This document shows, piece after piece, positions 46,107 to 54,611 of a stretch of 64,000 nucleotides of DNA. The notes under the pieces were generated by a model. It was not told the DNA's origin. It did not search any database and saw only the letters and a list, made by a program, of their open reading frames with translations. Positions within the stretch are counted from its first letter, which is position 1. Each line of letters starts with the position of its first letter. Source of the DNA: Candidatus Gottesmanbacteria bacterium UBA5942 (GTDB lineage Bacteria > Patescibacteriota > Microgenomatia > UBA10105 > UBA927); assembly GCA_002430725.1 (NCBI GenBank), contig DJCU01000008.1, forward strand, positions 393 through 64,392. Reading direction: 5' to 3'. The position numbers were made by a program, and so were the translations under genes.

Positions 46107-47116
46107 GGCTCTCGAGCTGATAACAGGGGTTTACCGGTGGTAATAAGCGACACAATATCTGCTCCAACTTTGAGTTTATTTTTTTTGATAGCGTCTTTTG
46201 CGGTGCACACTATCCAACAGTCATTACAGGCATGCGCTGCCGGGAGAAATTGTTGTTTAGGTTTTGAATACCATATTTGTTCAAATGATTGTTTTCGTAA
46301 GTTGCCAATTGGCCAATTTTTAATTTGACACATAAATATATTGGCAAATGGATCCATGTAGAAGAAATTTTCTCCTGCACCACAAGGGAGTGGGCGGCGA
46401 TGGTGTAGCATATATTCATACGAATACCGATTAAACCATGCCTTGCCCCAATTTTTGGGATTGATACTTTTCATCTGTTCAGAAAATAAATAATCAAACT
46501 CTTTTTTGACACTGCGGGGTTTTGGCTGCAACGATACTTTTCCTTTGCCAAAATAGATAGGCGAATCGTGAACGACATTGAGTGAAAAGGCGAGGTTTTC
46601 TTTTTTACAGTGGGCATAGACAGCTTTAAGTTCGTGTTGGTTGATACCCATGAGAGTAAACGTAAGGCCAATATCTTTTACCCCTGCTTCCTTGAGGATT
46701 GCCACTGATTGCATAACTTTTTCAAACGCTTGCGGTATGCCTCGAACTTTTTCATGGGTAGCCCCCCAACCATCGAGAGAAAGTCGAAATGCGATGGCAG
46801 GATCGTTTTTTACGATAGCCGGCGCATATTTTTTGATTTTTGAAGGTAAGAAGCCATTAGTGGTAATAAGTATTCTCGCTTTGGGACAACGTTTTCGGAT
46901 TATTCCGACAATTTCAGGAATATCGTTTCGTAAAAATGGTTCGCCACCGGTGATATCGACCATTTCGAGTGATGTGGGCAATTTTTTATATATTGTCACT
47001 GGCAAAAAATCGAGTCCACGATTTTTCCAGATGTCACAGTGGATACAACGAGAATTACAAAGGAGGGTGACGGAAATAAATGCGCTTTTGGGTAATGGAG
47101 ATTTCGTGTTAACCAT
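46103..47116 (-). CDS. Radical SAM enzyme with a C-terminal Cys-rich (SPASM/twitch-like) auxiliary cluster region
   Basis: The N-terminal CNSRCIHCDIW is a CxxxCxxC motif. GGEPFLRND resembles the SAM-binding GGEP motif. The C-terminal CGAGENFFYMDPFANIFMC ... CNDCWIVC resembles C-x-G-x14-C ... C-x2-C-x4-C. Confidence 0.7.
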   Translation of the reverse strand: MVNTKSPLPKSAFISVTLLCNSRCIHCDIWKNRGLDFLPVTIYKKLPTSLEMVDITGGEPFLRNDIPEIVGIIRKRCPKARILITTNGFLPSKIKKYAPAIVKNDPAIAFRLSLDGWGATHEKVRGIPQAFEKVMQSVAILKEAGVKDIGLTFTLMGINQHELKAVYAHCKKENLAFSLNVVHDSPIYFGKGKVSLQPKPRSVKKEFDYLFSEQMKSINPKNWGKAWFNRYSYEYMLHHRRPLPCGAGENFFYMDPFANIFMCQIKNWPIGNLRKQSFEQIWYSKPKQQFLPAAHACNDCWIVCTAKDAIKKNKLKVGADIVSLITTGKPLLSAREP

Positions 47117-47206
47117 AATAACGCTGGAACGAGAATAGCAGGCTCATTCCCGCCTGACAATTGAGTATATCATCTGTTTGTTGCCAAGGGAGTGCGATAG
47201 AGGAGG

Positions 47207-47689
47207 CTATCCGCTCTGACGAGCTAATATGTCGAGATAGCGAATGAGTGCCGGATTTTTCTTTTGTATCGGGTCGATGCTGCTTGTGGCTGTCATAATT
47301 TTTATAAGCGGTGTTTTGGGGGTGACGATGCGGATAAGGTGGTGATTTGCCATAAATGTCGCAAAATCAACCTGATGGTCATTAAGGTGTTCTCCGTAGT
47401 GCTTTTGTCGTGGGAGCACCCAGGGAATTTTTCCAAATGAAAGCGCTTGGTATATTGTTGCTGGTCCACCATGGCAAATAATCACTCGTGCGAGCTTCAT
47501 GTATTGCATAAGTTTTCGATGCGGTATGAACGCGTGGGGTTCTATTTCAGGATCGAGAAAGTGTGGTGGTGTATGTCCGTATTGAAATATGATTTTTTCA
47601 TTTGTCGGGCGAATATGAATAAGATGCTCGACCAAAGTCGTCATCCGTTGGAATGGAAATAGTGTGGAGCCAACTGTTATTAGTATCAT
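47207..47689 (-). CDS. Alg13-like (Glyco_tran_28_C) catalytic subunit of a split glycosyltransferase (PssE/EpsF/Cps14G-like)
   Basis: MILITVGSTLFPFQRM...ARVIICHGGPATIYQALSFGKIPWVLPR...HLNDHQVDFA matches the Alg13 consensus vfVTvGtt.Fd...l.vQ.G...AdlvIsHaGaGsile.l..gKp.ivvpr...NHQ.ela. Confidence 0.6.
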   Translation of the reverse strand: MILITVGSTLFPFQRMTTLVEHLIHIRPTNEKIIFQYGHTPPHFLDPEIEPHAFIPHRKLMQYMKLARVIICHGGPATIYQALSFGKIPWVLPRQKHYGEHLNDHQVDFATFMANHHLIRIVTPKTPLIKIMTATSSIDPIQKKNPALIRYLDILARQSG

Positions 47690-48141
47690 AATATCGCTCC
47701 TTTGTACTTCGCGCGCGGATAGAATTTTTTTTGGGTAGGATGCTGCACAAGTATATGATCGACAAATGGTGATACAAGGCGACCAGTAAGGCTTGAAGTT
47801 TTTACGAGGTCAAACACTTCGATAAATACGGTTTTTATGCCAAGGAGTTTACCGATAATAAAAAATGGAGGCGCTATACCGGCGCCGCAGCTAATAAGGA
47901 GCGTTGGGCGTTCGGCTCTCAGGATTTGCCATGCAAGCCTGATGTGACGGATAGCATTATAGATATGCCTCGTTTCCGGGTAATAACCATAATAAACCCG
48001 TTCTTTTTTGAGCAGTGAGGCAACATCTTCACCGGAAAACGTTACCCAAAAATGGTCATACTTACTCCACCAGGGCTTTAGCCGATACATCTGGTATACG
48101 TGACCGCCTTTTGACGTAATAATACCAATGACTGGCTTCAT
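47686..48141 (-). CDS. Alg14-like membrane-associated partner subunit (PssD/EpsE/Cps14F-like)
   Basis: IGIITSKGGHVYQMYRL.., LLISCGAGIAPPFFIIGKLLGIKTVFIEVFDLVKTSSLTGRLV...YPRAKYKG matches the Alg14 consensus (SGGHt.em; NGpG.cvp...iyvES.aRv..lSltGkl; yp.a.y.G). It overlaps its Alg13-like partner by 4 nt. Confidence 0.6.
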   Translation of the reverse strand: MKPVIGIITSKGGHVYQMYRLKPWWSKYDHFWVTFSGEDVASLLKKERVYYGYYPETRHIYNAIRHIRLAWQILRAERPTLLISCGAGIAPPFFIIGKLLGIKTVFIEVFDLVKTSSLTGRLVSPFVDHILVQHPTQKKFYPRAKYKGAIL

Positions 48142-49010
48142 CGATGCCTAGCGTACCCCCAAATTCTGATACATGCAAGTGCTATGTAGAGAAATATATG
48201 ACCAAATGCCTCTTTCCACTTACCATGACGTATAAATCGTATTTCTCTTTGGGAAAAACTTTGTATATGGAGCAGAAGTTTTTTGGCGGGAATAACGCCA
48301 AGGCGTTCTCCGCGGGGGAGAATGTTGTCGAGATAGCCTTCGCTTTCAGCAAACCGCTGATGCTGCCTAAGAAAGCTTTGGAGTGTCGTTCGCTCGTGGT
48401 GGGACGCGATAATAGATCGGTCGAGATAGATGGTAATTCCTGCTCTCCGAAGCCGCAGTCCGAGTTCAATATCTTCGCTTCCACGGTGCATGCGAGGCGA
48501 TAGTCCGCGGTGTTTCCAAAACAATGCCCTTGGCATGGAGGCGTTTTTGCTATCAAAAGATTTGAGCGTGTTTTTTGAAAGCGACATAGCCGCAAGCCAA
48601 TTTTTGTAGTGATCACCCATAATATCAACGTAGACGTTACCGCGGGGGATACTGTGTGTAAACCCTTGAATAACTGCGTTAGGGTGTTTCATGTGTGCGC
48701 GTCTTATACGAGCAAGGAATGTTTTTGAGGCTTTGCAGTCATCGTCAAAAAATACCAGAATATCACCCTTGGCGCGTCTGGCTGCTTCATTATAAAAGGC
48801 TGGATACCCTTTTTTGAGATAGCGGACATATACAATAGGAAGTTTTTTAGCGAGTTTTGCGACAATGTGAGGCGTGTCATCAGTTGAGGCGTCTACGACA
48901 ATTATTTCATCATTCGTTCTACATTGACCAATAAGTGACGTAAGTGCAATTTTAAGAAGCGCTGATCTATTTTTGGTAACGGTAATAATGGAAAGTGTAG
49001 GGAGTTTCAT
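48138..49010 (-). CDS. GT2 glycosyltransferase
   Basis: LSIITVTKNRSALLKIALTSLIGQ and VFFDDDC match the family. Confidence 0.65.
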   Translation of the reverse strand: MKLPTLSIITVTKNRSALLKIALTSLIGQCRTNDEIIVVDASTDDTPHIVAKLAKKLPIVYVRYLKKGYPAFYNEAARRAKGDILVFFDDDCKASKTFLARIRRAHMKHPNAVIQGFTHSIPRGNVYVDIMGDHYKNWLAAMSLSKNTLKSFDSKNASMPRALFWKHRGLSPRMHRGSEDIELGLRLRRAGITIYLDRSIIASHHERTTLQSFLRQHQRFAESEGYLDNILPRGERLGVIPAKKLLLHIQSFSQREIRFIRHGKWKEAFGHIFLYIALACIRIWGYARHR

Positions 49011-51040
49011 TGGGGAAGTATTGTTGGAATTGCGATAATGTCAGGCGCGCGCAGCCCGGGTTCGATGAGATCGGTAAGATCGGATACCGCATTCCTGCAT
49101 CCTATTTTTGCATACGCATTTTGTTCGCATACCGCGAGCGCAGCATTTGCCCTCGCTTCATCCTTGTACCAGAAATAATACGCGCTGGCGAGTTCAAGGT
49201 GATAGAAACCCCATTCGGGAGCGATATTGCGCGCAGTTTCCCATAGGAGAGTAGTGCCTGCTATGTCTTTTTGTACTCTATATACCGAAAGCCCTAAGAA
49301 AAAATAAAATTTTGCTTTACCATCCGTTCCTTCGAGGTGATCAAGCACTGAATAAAGCGCGCCAGTGTTCGTGTAGCGAGAAAACGCATCACTTTGAAGA
49401 TACGGACAGAGTTTGTCCGGTAATAGTGCATGGTCTGATTGAGAAAATTTGCATATTGTGACGCCAATGTGATCTTTTTCATTATTATTCATTAATAGCA
49501 TGAGATATTCTTTGAGATATCCATTGTTATACGGGTGATAGGTGAGTGCTTTCTCATAGTATTTTTTAGCAGCAAGAGAACCGTCTGAATGAGCGAGGGC
49601 GTAATATATATCAGGATCCTGATCATACCACCCAAGAATGATGGGAGTAATTTTTTTCGTTTCTTGAGGGGTAGCTTCATTGATCGCTCGTAAGATATTG
49701 TTTTTGAAATACGGGGCAATCCGAATTGATTGGGTGAGAGTGAGGTTGCCCGAGAATAGGTGTACAGTCGCATAGCTGATTACAAAAGCCGCTAATAGAA
49801 GACAAACAATGATAGACACTATCTCTCTTAACTTTTGCGTTGCTCGTGTCGTATGCGGGATTACATGACCGCTCATTGCCCAGAATAACATCCACATAGA
49901 GAGATTGTTGAGGGCTGTTTCTATTGTGCTGTAGCCAAGAAGGAGTATGCTCGCCCAAGCAAGCGCAACGTGTGACATATTTTTTGATGTTTGTGAGACA
50001 GAAAGTAAAGAAAAAAAGACGGTGCTAAATAGTATTGCGATGGGAAGTGAGCCGATGATACCGTTTTCTGCTAGCGTTTCAAAAGGGAGTGAGTGAGTAT
50101 AGCTCGTGTACGTGTCTTGTGATATCGCATACTGTCGGGAGATAAGATGAAACGTACCAGGCCCATGTCCTAGTATTGGCCTGTCTTGTAGTGCGTTTAT
50201 CGCATCCTCTATATAGGAAAACCGTAATGAATGATTGCTTTCTTTGAGAAAAAAGCGAAGTTGCGGATACCCGCTTGTTAGCTCTAGTTTTTGTTCGTAT
50301 GGTAATAACGACAGCCAAAACATGGCGGAAAAAGAGGTGATACATATTCCGAGTAGCACAAAGGTAAAAAACTGATGAGAGAAGTGTTTTATTTGCGTGG
50401 CGCGAAATATAAAAAATGCTGTTGCAACAATCCAAGATCCTCTTGCCGCACTGAGGATAAGCGCAATAAATACAAGAAGGTTTTGCATATACATTTTGAT
50501 TGTTTTTGGGTGGGCGAGTAGCAGCATTACAGGGAGTAGGGCGATCAGGAGGTATGCGACAGGATGGTGTCCGCTTGTCGCAAGTATTCCGTTATATACA
50601 GGAAGATACTGTGAAAAAACAGGGAATATGAGGAGCAGGAGAAAAATAATGAGTATCGCATTTCCTGCGGTACGTAATCCGTGAGTAAATGTGGGCGTGC
50701 TTTTGTGGTACGAGCGGTCATCTATAGCAAGGAAAAATATGACTGATCCTTCGATAAATCGAACAATAGAAACAAGTGAACTTGCAATACTTCGTGAATT
50801 CGCGGCCGTTATAAGGAATGCAAGTATTGTTGCACCCCACAGCAGTAGTAATGTGCGGGGTAGTACGAAAGCTTTTTTGTTGGTAACTATGCGAAAACCT
50901 ACAAGAAAAAGTAGCGCGATTGCCCAATAAAATTCAAGGAAAAGTGTTTTATCGTGAGGCAAGAAAAATGAAAGAAAGAAGAAAACGAAAAAGGGGCTCA
51001 TAGTGATCGAATTATGATAATTATGTGCGTAGTGTACCAT
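49007..51040 (-). CDS. Wzy_C/O-antigen-ligase-family membrane protein with C-terminal TPR-like repeats (PglL/PilO-type O-oligosaccharyltransferase candidate)
   Basis: The N-terminal 400 aa are multi-TM. VFIALILSAARGSWIVATAFFIF is a Wzy_C-like signature. The C-terminal 250 aa are soluble with TPR-like helical pairs (YYEKALTYHPYNNGYL; LELASAYYFWYKDEARANAALAVCEQ). The gene is divergent from the pilin genes with a 65-nt gap. Confidence 0.6.
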   Translation of the reverse strand: MVHYAHNYHNSITMSPFFVFFFLSFFLPHDKTLFLEFYWAIALLFLVGFRIVTNKKAFVLPRTLLLLWGATILAFLITAANSRSIASSLVSIVRFIEGSVIFFLAIDDRSYHKSTPTFTHGLRTAGNAILIIFLLLLIFPVFSQYLPVYNGILATSGHHPVAYLLIALLPVMLLLAHPKTIKMYMQNLLVFIALILSAARGSWIVATAFFIFRATQIKHFSHQFFTFVLLGICITSFSAMFWLSLLPYEQKLELTSGYPQLRFFLKESNHSLRFSYIEDAINALQDRPILGHGPGTFHLISRQYAISQDTYTSYTHSLPFETLAENGIIGSLPIAILFSTVFFSLLSVSQTSKNMSHVALAWASILLLGYSTIETALNNLSMWMLFWAMSGHVIPHTTRATQKLREIVSIIVCLLLAAFVISYATVHLFSGNLTLTQSIRIAPYFKNNILRAINEATPQETKKITPIILGWYDQDPDIYYALAHSDGSLAAKKYYEKALTYHPYNNGYLKEYLMLLMNNNEKDHIGVTICKFSQSDHALLPDKLCPYLQSDAFSRYTNTGALYSVLDHLEGTDGKAKFYFFLGLSVYRVQKDIAGTTLLWETARNIAPEWGFYHLELASAYYFWYKDEARANAALAVCEQNAYAKIGCRNAVSDLTDLIEPGLRAPDIIAIPTILPQ

Positions 51041-51058
51041 AAGTGAGTGTGTGTCTCA

Positions 51059-51100
51059 TTGTGTTTGTCTTGTTGTTTTGCCATACTAGTTGACGAAAGG
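51059..51100 (+). promoter_or_regulatory. Low-confidence promoter/RBS region for pilin gene 1 (TTGTGT-N17-CATACT; GAAAGG RBS-like)
   Basis: The hexamers are weak (4/6 each). GAAAGG sits at 51095-51100, 8 nt before the ATG at 51109. Confidence 0.25.
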
Positions 51101-51108
51101 TATTTGTG

Positions 51109-51831
51109 ATGAAACGGATGTTGTCTGCCCATCTCGTAAAGTTATCCCGCCGATCACCTCAGGCAGGATGGACACTTGCGGAGCTACTCATAGTAGTTGT
51201 CATTATCGCAATCCTTGCGATTATGTTTTTATTGATAAATTGGAAGCGAAATGTTTTTCGTGCGCAGGATGCACAGCGAAAAACTGATGTTGCTAATATA
51301 CGGCGTGCATTTGAGGAGTACTACAATGACAACAATTGTTATCCCTCTGTTGAGGTGCTCAATAATTGCGAAGGAAATGAACTAAGTCCGTATTTAGAAA
51401 AAATTCCCTGCGATCCCACGACACAGGAGCCATACTTATATCAACCTGACAGTGAAACAAATGTGTGTTTAGGAAATCGTGTGTGTACGAAGCTACAAGA
51501 TTGGGCTGATCCCGATATTACAACCCTTGGTTGTCACGCAGAGGAAGGGTGCGGATGGGGCGCGTATTGGAATTACTGCCTTGCGACTGGCACTACCGTA
51601 ACAGCTCCTGGATTTATTCCTGGCACGACGCCAACACCATCGTTAACTCCTACGCCTGCGTATGATGGGCCGTATGCTTGTCGTCCGGGCACGTTGTCGG
51701 GTGGTCAAGTTGTTAGCTCAGGGACATGTAATAATGTTGGTGATCCAGCTTCTTATGGATGTCCACGATCATTTGCAGAGTCTGATTGTCAGGGGTTATG
51801 CGGAAGCGTCAGTTATTGGTGTGCGCAATAA
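51109..51831 (+). CDS. Type IV pilin/pseudopilin-like protein 1 (prepilin-type N-terminal cleavage/methylation domain)
   Basis: RRSPQAG|WTLAELLIVVVIIAILA has Gly at -1, an aromatic residue at +1, Glu at +5 and a hydrophobic alpha1 helix. The C-terminal region contains Cys pairs. The track start at 51106 is a GTG, and the ATGs at 51109 and 51118 are in frame. Confidence 0.75.
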   Translation: MKRMLSAHLVKLSRRSPQAGWTLAELLIVVVIIAILAIMFLLINWKRNVFRAQDAQRKTDVANIRRAFEEYYNDNNCYPSVEVLNNCEGNELSPYLEKIPCDPTTQEPYLYQPDSETNVCLGNRVCTKLQDWADPDITTLGCHAEEGCGWGAYWNYCLATGTTVTAPGFIPGTTPTPSLTPTPAYDGPYACRPGTLSGGQVVSSGTCNNVGDPASYGCPRSFAESDCQGLCGSVSYWCAQ

Positions 51832-51859
51832 CATGATAATTGGTTATACTATAAAAGAT

Positions 51860-52381
51860 ATGATGAAAAAATTTCGTAACCGCGAAGGGTTTACCCTCAT
51901 GGAGCTTCTGATTGTTATGGTGATATTGTCAGTGCTTGTGGCTATCGCAACAGGTACATACGCATCAAGCTCACGTAGAGGTCGCGACAATCGGAGAAAA
52001 AATGACTTGCGTAATATTACGACCGCTCTCGAGACGTATTATAGTGATAAAGGTCGATATCCTTCCAGTAATGCCGCAGGTGAGATGGTGGGCTGTTGTG
52101 CGAGCCCAGGATGCGGTGATATTCAGGTGTGTAGTTGGGGTGGGCAATTCAAAGACACCAACGGAACACTGTATATGGTGCTTATTCCAGAAGACCCATT
52201 AAGTAGTCAGACATATTATTATCAGGCAGGAACTGATACGTACAGAATTTATGCTAAACTAGAAAATACACTGGATGAAGGTGATTATGTGAACCAGTCA
52301 GGGTACTCGGGTACTGATTGTTCAGTTGATAGTACGGTAGCATGCACGTATGGCATAAGTAGCGGCAATACAACTCCCTAA
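51860..52381 (+). CDS. Type IV pilin-like protein 2
   Basis: MMKKFRNREG|FTLMELLIVMVILSVLVAIA is a classic type IVa prepilin N-terminus. The track ORF 51662-52381 carries a spurious N-terminal extension overlapping pilin 1, so I used the ATG at 51860. Confidence 0.8.
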   Translation: MMKKFRNREGFTLMELLIVMVILSVLVAIATGTYASSSRRGRDNRRKNDLRNITTALETYYSDKGRYPSSNAAGEMVGCCASPGCGDIQVCSWGGQFKDTNGTLYMVLIPEDPLSSQTYYYQAGTDTYRIYAKLENTLDEGDYVNQSGYSGTDCSVDSTVACTYGISSGNTTP

Positions 52382-52392
52382 ATATATCAAAC

Positions 52393-52935
52393 ATGAAATC
52401 AATGATGCTTAATAGTAAACAAAGTAACAAACCATACGGTTTTAGCCTCATAGAATTGTTAGTGGCCATCGCGGTGATTGCGACCATTATTGGGCTTGCC
52501 TTGCCAAACTTCTTGGGAGCGAGAACTCGGGCAAGAGATGCGCGAAGGAAAGGTGAGTTGAGCCAGTTAAAAACAGCGGTGCAACTTTATTACAATGACT
52601 ACAAAGTATTTCCTCCGGCAGCCAATGGCACAGGGGTAACAAATTATATAGCTGGTTGCGGTACTGATGGTGAAACACTTTGTCCTGCTGGGTGTAGTGT
52701 TGATTTTGCCGCGGGTGCGACTACCGGATGCGATACAGTATATATGACAAATTTTCCGGGAGAGTTGGGGACAGGCATGTCGTATTATTCAAGTAGCGCA
52801 GATTTTTGTATCAAAGTGTCATTAGAAAACGTATCTGATGGAGACATAACGTCTTCGCAGGGTCGCTGCAGCGCTGCGTGTGTGAGGGCAGGAAGTGTGT
52901 TGTCCGGAGCAGATTACGCGGTGTGTTCAGAATAA
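52393..52935 (+). CDS. Type IV pilin-like protein 3
   Basis: MKSMMLNSKQSNKPYG|FSLIELLVAIAVIATIIGLALP, with C-terminal Cys pairs (CPAGCSVD...C; CSAAC). Confidence 0.8.
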   Translation: MKSMMLNSKQSNKPYGFSLIELLVAIAVIATIIGLALPNFLGARTRARDARRKGELSQLKTAVQLYYNDYKVFPPAANGTGVTNYIAGCGTDGETLCPAGCSVDFAAGATTGCDTVYMTNFPGELGTGMSYYSSSADFCIKVSLENVSDGDITSSQGRCSAACVRAGSVLSGADYAVCSE

Positions 52936-53168
52936 TACTCTAAGCATGTAAAGGAGGGGGGCGTTTATTCCGTACTAATGTACGTGAGGCAGCATCATTA
53001 CTACTGCCCTCATCGCTTCTTCTACGTACTCCATATGTGACTCACCACTAGCTTAACGTACGTGTTTGTAAGTCTTTTGCTTCGTATAGTGAATGCCTAT
53101 GCCATGAAAGGGGTACATGATTATGCACATCGAACATAGGTAACTTCACTCGGGAATAAGTGGTTGTA

Positions 53169-54011
53169 TTAGCGGCACGTTTGGGTAAGCGCTGCGGTGG
53201 TTACCGATGTAGAGCAGTTTGCCACTGCCGGATCTCTACACGTAAGGTTGGTGACGGTATAGCGGGTAGCTGAAACATTGCAATCGGGGATGGTGGTGAG
53301 CCATCCTGTATTTGCCGGATCCTGATTAGTTGAGCCTGATACGCCAGCCTGATAGCTTGCATATCCACTTCCATTAGTACAAGCGGTGCAGGTATAGAGA
53401 CGAGTGTATGCCTTGGTTTCGACTCCATCACAGTTCCAGTCATTGTCGAGGCTTGCATTGATAACATTGGTAAATGAACCGGGAAGATACGATGTTTGTC
53501 CGGGTTTCGCGTTGGCATTGCCATCAGAGCAGTCGGGGGTTGTTGATGTCAGTTTGTTTTTTCGGATATATCCAGTTCCACCGGTTGTGTTACACGCATT
53601 AGGGTTTACGGCATATGTATCACCATCACCGTCATAGACATAGCATTTTGTGTTTGCCCGTATGGTGACATTGCTTTGACTTGCAACAATTATACCGGTC
53701 CCTTCCTGCCCCTGTGTTTCTGGAGTAGAGATACTACCGATAAAAAGTGTGGTAGGCGTTTCAGTTGCGCCACCATTTAATGTCACAGTGACACCTGCCG
53801 GTACGGTAAGTGTTGTACCATTTGTCGCATCATCTGCGCCGACTGAGTAGTCGTATGCTTCAGTTGATTGACCATCAATGCCGCAGGTGGTTGCGGTAAT
53901 TGCTCCGCTTCCCAAAGTCCAATTACACGCTGCTGATACGTGGCCTGCAGTTATATGCAATGATACAAGAAAAAGAACTATTGCACTGATTGTATACGTC
54001 ATTTTTTTCAT
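53169..54011 (-). CDS. Secreted Cys-containing, Thr/Gly-rich protein (signal peptide)
   Basis: MKKMTYTISAIVLFLVSLHITAGHVSA|ACNW is a signal peptide with an AxA site. Last gene of the minus-strand surface operon. Confidence 0.55.
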   Translation of the reverse strand: MKKMTYTISAIVLFLVSLHITAGHVSAACNWTLGSGAITATTCGIDGQSTEAYDYSVGADDATNGTTLTVPAGVTVTLNGGATETPTTLFIGSISTPETQGQEGTGIIVASQSNVTIRANTKCYVYDGDGDTYAVNPNACNTTGGTGYIRKNKLTSTTPDCSDGNANAKPGQTSYLPGSFTNVINASLDNDWNCDGVETKAYTRLYTCTACTNGSGYASYQAGVSGSTNQDPANTGWLTTIPDCNVSATRYTVTNLTCRDPAVANCSTSVTTAALTQTCR

Positions 54012-54565
54012 TTTCTTTCCCTTATAGTAATCGGTATGCTTGTTTCACCTCTATCAGATGTTGCGACTACTGTCGGAATATAGTTATAAAGATATGATTC
54101 CGGAATAACCCATCGTCCTTCCCATATACCACCTAAATCTGTTCCACTTATTCGAGTAAGTTTTACCGGTGTTGTTTTGGTATCAGTACGTACATTTACT
54201 TGCGCGGATGTAACCGGAGAGGTATCTGATATTTTGACAGTAATAATCTGTGTTCCACCAATTGCCGGATCAAGTGGGTCAAAGCTGACCTCGGATATCG
54301 AAGGCCCCGTGCTGCCACCACCACCGACAGAGTAAGTATCTTTACCATGGATTAATTTGGTTGGCGTTGGTGTCGGTGTTGGGATTGGTGTGGGCTCGCC
54401 CTGAGATAGTTCCTGCGTTTGCGTTTCTTGTTGAAGGGTAGATTTATTTTCTATCCAGTACCATGCAAAAGCGGTGGCGCCGATAATAACTGCGATAGCA
54501 ATAATTGCTGAGGTAACTTGACCGTTAGTAGCCTTTTTCGAAGATGATTTCATGGCAGGAAACAC
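54008..54565 (-). CDS. N-terminally anchored protein with Pro-Thr linker and beta-rich domain
   Basis: TM helix AIIAIAVIIGATAFAWYWI, then PTPIPTPTPTPTK, then a C-terminal domain. It overlaps the downstream gene by 4 nt. Confidence 0.55.
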   Translation of the reverse strand: MFPAMKSSSKKATNGQVTSAIIAIAVIIGATAFAWYWIENKSTLQQETQTQELSQGEPTPIPTPTPTPTKLIHGKDTYSVGGGGSTGPSISEVSFDPLDPAIGGTQIITVKISDTSPVTSAQVNVRTDTKTTPVKLTRISGTDLGGIWEGRWVIPESYLYNYIPTVVATSDRGETSIPITIRERK

Positions 54566-54611
54566 TCAATACTTTTTAAGTACATCACTGTGGAGTGTGT
54601 TTGTCAATAGA

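Noticed and set aside
51662-52381. ORF-track start at 51662 for pilin 2, overlapping 170 nt of pilin 1
   Set aside because: The N-terminal 66 residues have no pilin features and overlap a well-supported gene in another frame. The in-frame ATG at 51860 gives a canonical 10-aa prepilin leader.
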